Shown in pieces: positions 9,906 through 14,563 of a stretch of 14,563 nucleotides of DNA. Numbering within the stretch: position 1 is the first letter of the stretch; the number at the start of each line of letters is the position of its first letter. The stretch is from Azolla caroliniana (taxonomy: Eukaryota; Plantae; Polypodiophyta). The position numbers were made by a program, and so were the translations under genes. Below the pieces are notes generated by a model. It was not told the DNA's origin and made no database searches. It worked only from the letters and a program-made list of their open reading frames with translations. Location of the stretch: assembly GCA_043228905.1 (NCBI GenBank), contig JBHGNT010000858.1, positions 1 to 14,563 of the forward strand, in the 5' to 3' direction.

Positions 9906-10313
9906 TCTAATGTGTCCTTCGAGGGAATTCAAGAGAATGAGTTTTTATTTTTAGAGGAAAGGATTCATATGCTTGCAACCTCATGTTATCTTTATATGTC
10001 TCCTCTAAAGACCCAAATTTCCAACCTCTTGTTTATAACCCTAGTTCTACTTTGTGTTTTTAACCCTAGATACAAACACCTACATGAGCTTTAACGAAGC
10101 TTTTAATTGGCCCCATAATAAGAACCATCTTCCTTGCTGTAGCTCCTCAAAATGATCCTTGGAGGCACAAAGCCAAGAGATCTACAACCTTAATTCATGT
10201 CTCAAATATAGATAATTCAGCATCTAGTTGGATAGAAGCTAGAGCAAACTTGTGGATAAGAAACTATATACTCCTCTCCATAGAACGCATATTATCCAAC
10301 ATACCATATCCAT

Positions 10314-10498
10314 AATATCTTAGTTGGGACAAGTAAAAGTCACAATCTTACTAAAGAGATAATCTAAGGAGTAGAATATCATAGTTGAGACAAGCAAAAG
10401 TTACGATCTTACTAATGAGATCATCTAAGAAGTTTGAATATCTTAGTTGGGACTAGTAAAAGTTACAATCTTACTAATGAGATCATCTAAGAAGCTTA
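10314..10498. repeat. Three-copy tandem repeat, unit 61-62 bp
   Basis: Units start at 10314, 10375 and 10437. Consensus AATATCTTAGTTGGGACAAGTAAAAGTTACAATCTTACTAATGAGATCATCTAAGAAG... Confidence 0.93.
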
Positions 10499-10687
10499 AA
10501 TTGACATAGACGTTATGGATACTTTTATTCATGATTGTTGAAGTTCACCTCTCCATGTGTTGGTGTAACAAAGGAAAGCAAGGAAGAAGAGAGAGAAATA
10601 TGGACACATAATAGGATATTTTGAATTATCAAAAGATTGCCTGAAGTTTCAAAGTTACAAAAATCTCGCATTTAATGGCGTCTTGTG

Positions 10688-10927
10688 ATATTGTGGCGGT
10701 CACATGGACCACACCCAAATTAGGCCCCTACCAAGCCCCATAATTAGAAGAGCTAATTGAAGCGGGAGAACACCCTCCACGCTAAGAGTAGTCTATAAAA
10801 TGTAACTTAGAACGTAATGGAATAGGAGCTATTCTTGAGAGCATTTCACATCTTGAGCATTTCACATCTTATTATGGGGCTTGGTAGGGGCCTAATTTGG
10901 GTGTGGTCCATGTGACCGCCACAATAT
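10688..10927. mobile_element. MITE-like or fold-back element with perfect inverted arms
   Basis: 10688-10744 is the exact reverse complement of 10871-10927 (57 bp). It can be parsed as TGTGGCGG...CCGCCACA (10692-10923, 53-bp TIRs) flanked by ATAT on both sides. The inverted repeat is certain; mobility is inferred. Confidence 0.65.
10839..10870. repeat. Perfect 16-bp tandem duplication GAGCATTTCACATCTT x2
   Basis: Copies at 10839-10854 and 10855-10870, abutting the right inverted arm. Confidence 0.95.
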
Positions 10928-12142
10928 ATGACTGTTGGCCTTAAGTCATGATAACTTTAAAGGTGGGATATCTAGAGCCTTAACTCTTTTGTGACTATGT
11001 GCTATGGAATTGGAAGTATCTCGTTAACTAATTATCTAGTTAACTAAAGACATGCTAGTTACAAAATGCTTTGACTCCATTCAGTGACTAAATCAAACCT
11101 ACATTCATTTTGCATGATCCTTGATTGGCTCAACCCAAATATCTTCTCTTGGATAGACTATCAACAATCGTCCATTGCTTGACAATAAGATATTGTTCAA
11201 CTCTAAATGCATATCAACAATTGACTGTTGATTGTCCATAGTTCGATATAAGCAATTGCTAAACTCTTGGTGCATCTTGATAGTTGACTATCAATTTCCA
11301 TCACTCTTGACAATAAGCTATCTATTACGGATCAAACTAATGATTAGTAACGAATAATAAATTAAGGAGAAGACTAGATTAGGGTGCTTAATCACACCCA
11401 CCTAAGTGATCAACAATCATTCACCACTTGGCTTATTTCATTGATAAGAGACTATGTACCATTAGTGGCAACATCCCAAGAACAATGCTATGCACCATGG
11501 TGGTGGTGGTGTCATTGGACCAACAAAGACGACTTAATTGATAATATTGGTATATAAAAAATGGCAATATGGTTGTATCTTTTATGCCGCTAATATTACA
11601 CATTGGCGGAGCATTACTCTATTAATGTGAATAGAAATAAAATTCATAATCTTTAGAGATGATAGTTCACAATTCAAGAAGTGGCTATACTCTATGTCAT
11701 TCAAGTAAAATGATATAGATGGATTACTAGGTGCCTTAGCCCCACGAATACTATTATGTCCCAAACATACGATTAGACTTATTACACAATTTGAATTCAA
11801 GTGAAAACAATTTGAATTCCTTTACAAGACCTAAGGATTGACATACTTTTTCTACAAACATCTTGATAAAGCAGTGGTAATAATTTACAACATAACCCAA
11901 TGCATGAAAACTTATTATGCTTTCTCATTGTTTTGAGGGGGGTAACTCGCTTTATTCATATCCATTTGTTGATATGCCATCTCTTGAGAAAAAGGGAGCC
12001 AAAAATCTAATTGACAAGCACACACAATGAAATGAAATCATTTTCATTTACCCTTAAGTTCCTTTGATTAGATATGGGAATGAAAATACAAAAAAACCCC
12101 TATTGCATTTAGGGCATACCAATCATACAAAATGATCGACAA

Positions 12143-13023
12143 TGTCAAGAACCAAAAATAATAATTCTTCACCATCACGGTGGAATCCCTAAACCATCTA
12201 GTTTACAACAAACTTGGTTTCAAGTGAAAACATTTTCACCATACACCTAGAAGCAAAAGGAAAATCGGCATCTGTGAATGTTTGGAGCACGTTGTCGTGA
12301 AGGTTTTTGGCAACAACATGAGAATCGCGTGGAAGGGACAAAATCGAGAAGGTGCAATGTGCGCACGTGTGGAAGGGGTGATGGTCACACATGTACACGA
12401 GCATGTTGTAAATAGGACTGAAATAAGAATGGTAAAAGGAAGGCTAGATGTAAGGTTAAACATATGCACATTTCTCAAACACTTCTAAATATAAAAATAA
12501 GACTAAAGCCTAGTAACATTTGAGTGGATAGAAAGGGATCATGCAAGCAAGGTTTGCACCTTGCACCTCCAAAATAAGAAACAATTGACTTACCACTAAA
12601 CCTACTATATTTTCTTGTCACATTTAGTATTCCATGTGACAAGGAAACAAATATATAAAACAGTGTGCACAAAACCATGGTTTAAGCCTAAGGGTTTGTG
12701 CATGTCATAGCAAACCATGTGCACAAAAACATGGTTTAGCCCATGGTTTTTGCATTGAGAGACCTATAAAAGCCGCTAGCCTCTAGTTGGGCATGTGTAA
12801 GGGAGCTATGTAGGAAATCAAGAATTAATATAAAAAATCCTAGTTATATCATTGGAAAGGTGTCTTGTCTCTCAAAATTGAAGTCAAGGGTTCAAACTCG
12901 GCATTGGAATCTCTATCTATCTTCAATACTTTCTCGCTTCCACTAGCAAAACATCGAGTCCTTCTGGTCCAGGACCCCAGCAGTCCCGCTTCATTTCATG
13001 AACACACGAGGATTTCCTCGACA
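12143..13023 (+). repeat. Putative 5' LTR (~881 bp)
   Basis: Starts TG and ends CA with a 7/9 terminal inverted match (TGTCAAGAA vs reverse complement TGTCGAGGA). Contains TATAAAA and ends 7 nt before the PBS. The left boundary is unconfirmed without the 3' LTR. Confidence 0.62.
12765..12771 (+). promoter_or_regulatory. TATA box of the LTR promoter
   Basis: CCTATAAAAG located ~250 bp before the LTR end, downstream of short palindromic U3 repeats. Confidence 0.55.
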
Positions 13024-13030
13024 TCTTTCT

Positions 13031-13048
13031 TGGCGACCCTGACGTGAA
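13031..13048 (+). promoter_or_regulatory. Primer binding site, tRNA-Trp-like
   Basis: TGGCGACCCTGACGTGAA resembles the complement of the eukaryotic tRNA-Trp 3' end (TGGTGA(A/C)CCCGACGTGA(A/T), recalled from memory) with about 3 mismatches. It lies between the LTR end and gag. Confidence 0.7.
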
Positions 13049-13094
13049 AGGAGTAGTAGGAAGGATCAAGGCGAGGATCGACTGATACTTGGAG

Positions 13095-14563
13095 ATGGCA
13101 TCCTCAATCAATCAAGCGGGAGAGTTCGAAAGAATGATGATAATCTTCGAACAAATGATGAGATCTCGGAACAACGATGCAAGCGTGGAGAAGGTTGTCG
13201 ACCGCGTGGTGGAGGTTGTGGGTCAATTTAATGCAAGGAACATTACAGAGTTCCTTGATGCATACAAAAGGGAGATGAACTAGAGGGACGTGTCTGAAGC
13301 AAGTCAAATCTCAAGTTTCAAGCGAGTTGTCGCCAACAACATCCAAAGGCAGGTCATCGAGCTCCAAGAAGGGAAGAAAACATGGTCTACTTTGAGAAAG
13401 CAATATTAGTGGAGTTCGCGATCGAGGATTTGTCAAGGATGACTCGACATGTCTTGATGAAGTGGATCGAGAAGAAAAATAAGAACATGAGTGCCTCGAG
13501 GGTGTATGACGAGTTTGACGAGATGTTTAGTCGTTTCCCTGCCACAGACCAAGCGCTGCTTGAGGAGGACAAGACTTTATACTTCTTGAAAGTTGTGGAT
13601 GTGAATGATAGATGAGAATTGGGGACTCTCCTCAAAGATGACACCCAATCGAACGGGCTTGTGATAGACTGGGTTGCGGTGAAGCGAGCGTGCAACAAGC
13701 TTGACAAGCGTCGTCAATGGCTTGAGCATGGAAAAAACGAGCATGGTCGCCTAAACAAAACAACCTGGACGAAAAGAAGATCGATGATGACATCATTGAA
13801 GAATTAATGAATAAGTTCGAGATGGTCACACTAATGAACATGAATCATTGGGGGACAAAAGTAAAAGAACCCTTCAGATGTGTGTGGTGTGATAGCTTGG
13901 ACCACACGAGAAGGGATTGTACGAGCCCTAGTGAGGCCATCCGAGAAAATATTGTATACATGCATGGCAACATGATTTGCTCGAGTGAAACTAGAAGACC
14001 CTTGCGGGTGAATTTCGGAAGAGGGGGAATGAAGAAAGCTATGGAAGATGCCGAGGTGACTCATGTGGATGTGATGCACTATGCGGCATCGGCCGTAATA
14101 AGAGTCGGGAAAGATAAAAATGAACCTGCTAGAACGGGAACAAAGTTTTGGTCTACAGTTCTTGAGTATGAGAAGAAGGGGAAAGTCACTTCAAACGAGG
14201 TAGAGCCTGCAGACCAAAGTGTGCAAAGTATAACCGGATGGTCGGATTCGGTGTATGACAACACCATACTCGCAGAAGTGATGTGTGACAACCACGAGGT
14301 GTGCGTGGATGAAAAGAGAAAAAGAATGGAAGGGCAAGAAAACCCATAAAAAAGACATGAAACAAGGAGCGCAAAAAAGGAAGACGATGCGGAAGCAAGT
14401 CGAGCTTTACGAATGGAGGATGGAGATTCAAGCCGGAAAGGGCAGTCGAGCAAACACGTCGAAGAAACGGTTCGGCTCATGAGGGTTGATGTTGAAGACC
14501 CTGCTCGGAAGACAAGAACTATGCCTACCTATAAGCTAAGGTCGGACATAGAACAAACGACAT
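13095..14563 (+). pseudogene. gag: Disrupted gag (polyprotein N-terminus) of the LTR retrotransposon
   Basis: Fragments join into one protein: GQFNARNITEFLDAYKREM*, TWS/FEKAILVEFAIED, KTLYFLKVVD..R*ELGTLL, CVWCDSLDHTRRDC (13879-13920), and after TAA 14347-14349 ...PTYKLRSDIEQTT. Stops at 13281, 13613 and 14347; frameshifts near 13389 and ~13725-13765. Confidence 0.85.

Larger units (their letters stand above)
12143..14563 (+). mobile_element. 5' part of a degenerate Ty3/Gypsy-like LTR retrotransposon
   Basis: Putative LTR TGTCAAGAA...TCCTCGACA, then a PBS, then a disrupted gag with a CX2CX4HX4C knuckle. Pol is outside the window, so the superfamily is inferred from gag/PBS style only. Confidence 0.82.

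Noticed and set aside
9656-9932. Phe/Leu-rich 'membrane protein' ORFs on the minus strand
   Set aside because: Artefact of reading the reverse complement of the GA-rich tract.
10314-10498. CRISPR-like array
   Set aside because: Contiguous 61-62 bp units with no unique spacers, no cas genes, eukaryotic context.
11935-11942. GAGGGGGG as a polypurine tract of an LTR element
   Set aside because: Not followed by a TG LTR start and ~200 bp from the inferred LTR, which is a 5' LTR (followed by PBS and gag).
12198-13111. Short ORFs inside the LTR region
   Set aside because: They lie in the non-coding LTR/leader, overlap on both strands and show no motifs.

Overview
Eukaryotic plant nuclear DNA, most likely from a fern (inferred from the PPR motif style). 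It is not prokaryotic. From left to right: (1) a decayed, 5'-truncated LINE (APE endonuclease + RT, RTE-like) on the minus strand at 1-~2181; (2) AT-rich spacer with small repeats; (3) an intact 882-codon PLS-class PPR reading frame at 6296-8944 (L-S-[P-L-S]x6-P2-L2-S2-E1-E2, 36-aa 'LL'-type L motifs, no DYW domain), which is probably an organellar RNA-editing specificity factor and probably lacks its upstream exon(s) in the ORF call; (4) tandem repeats and a 240-bp structure with perfect 57-bp inverted arms at 10688-10927; (5) the 5' end of a decayed Ty3/Gypsy-like LTR retrotransposon (LTR ~12143-13023, tRNA-Trp-type PBS, disrupted gag with a CCHC knuckle) running off the window. The best leads are the TG...CA perfect inverted-repeat element, the DYW-less LL-type PPR with a readable target code, and phase-compatible exon-like segments on both sides of the PPR exon.
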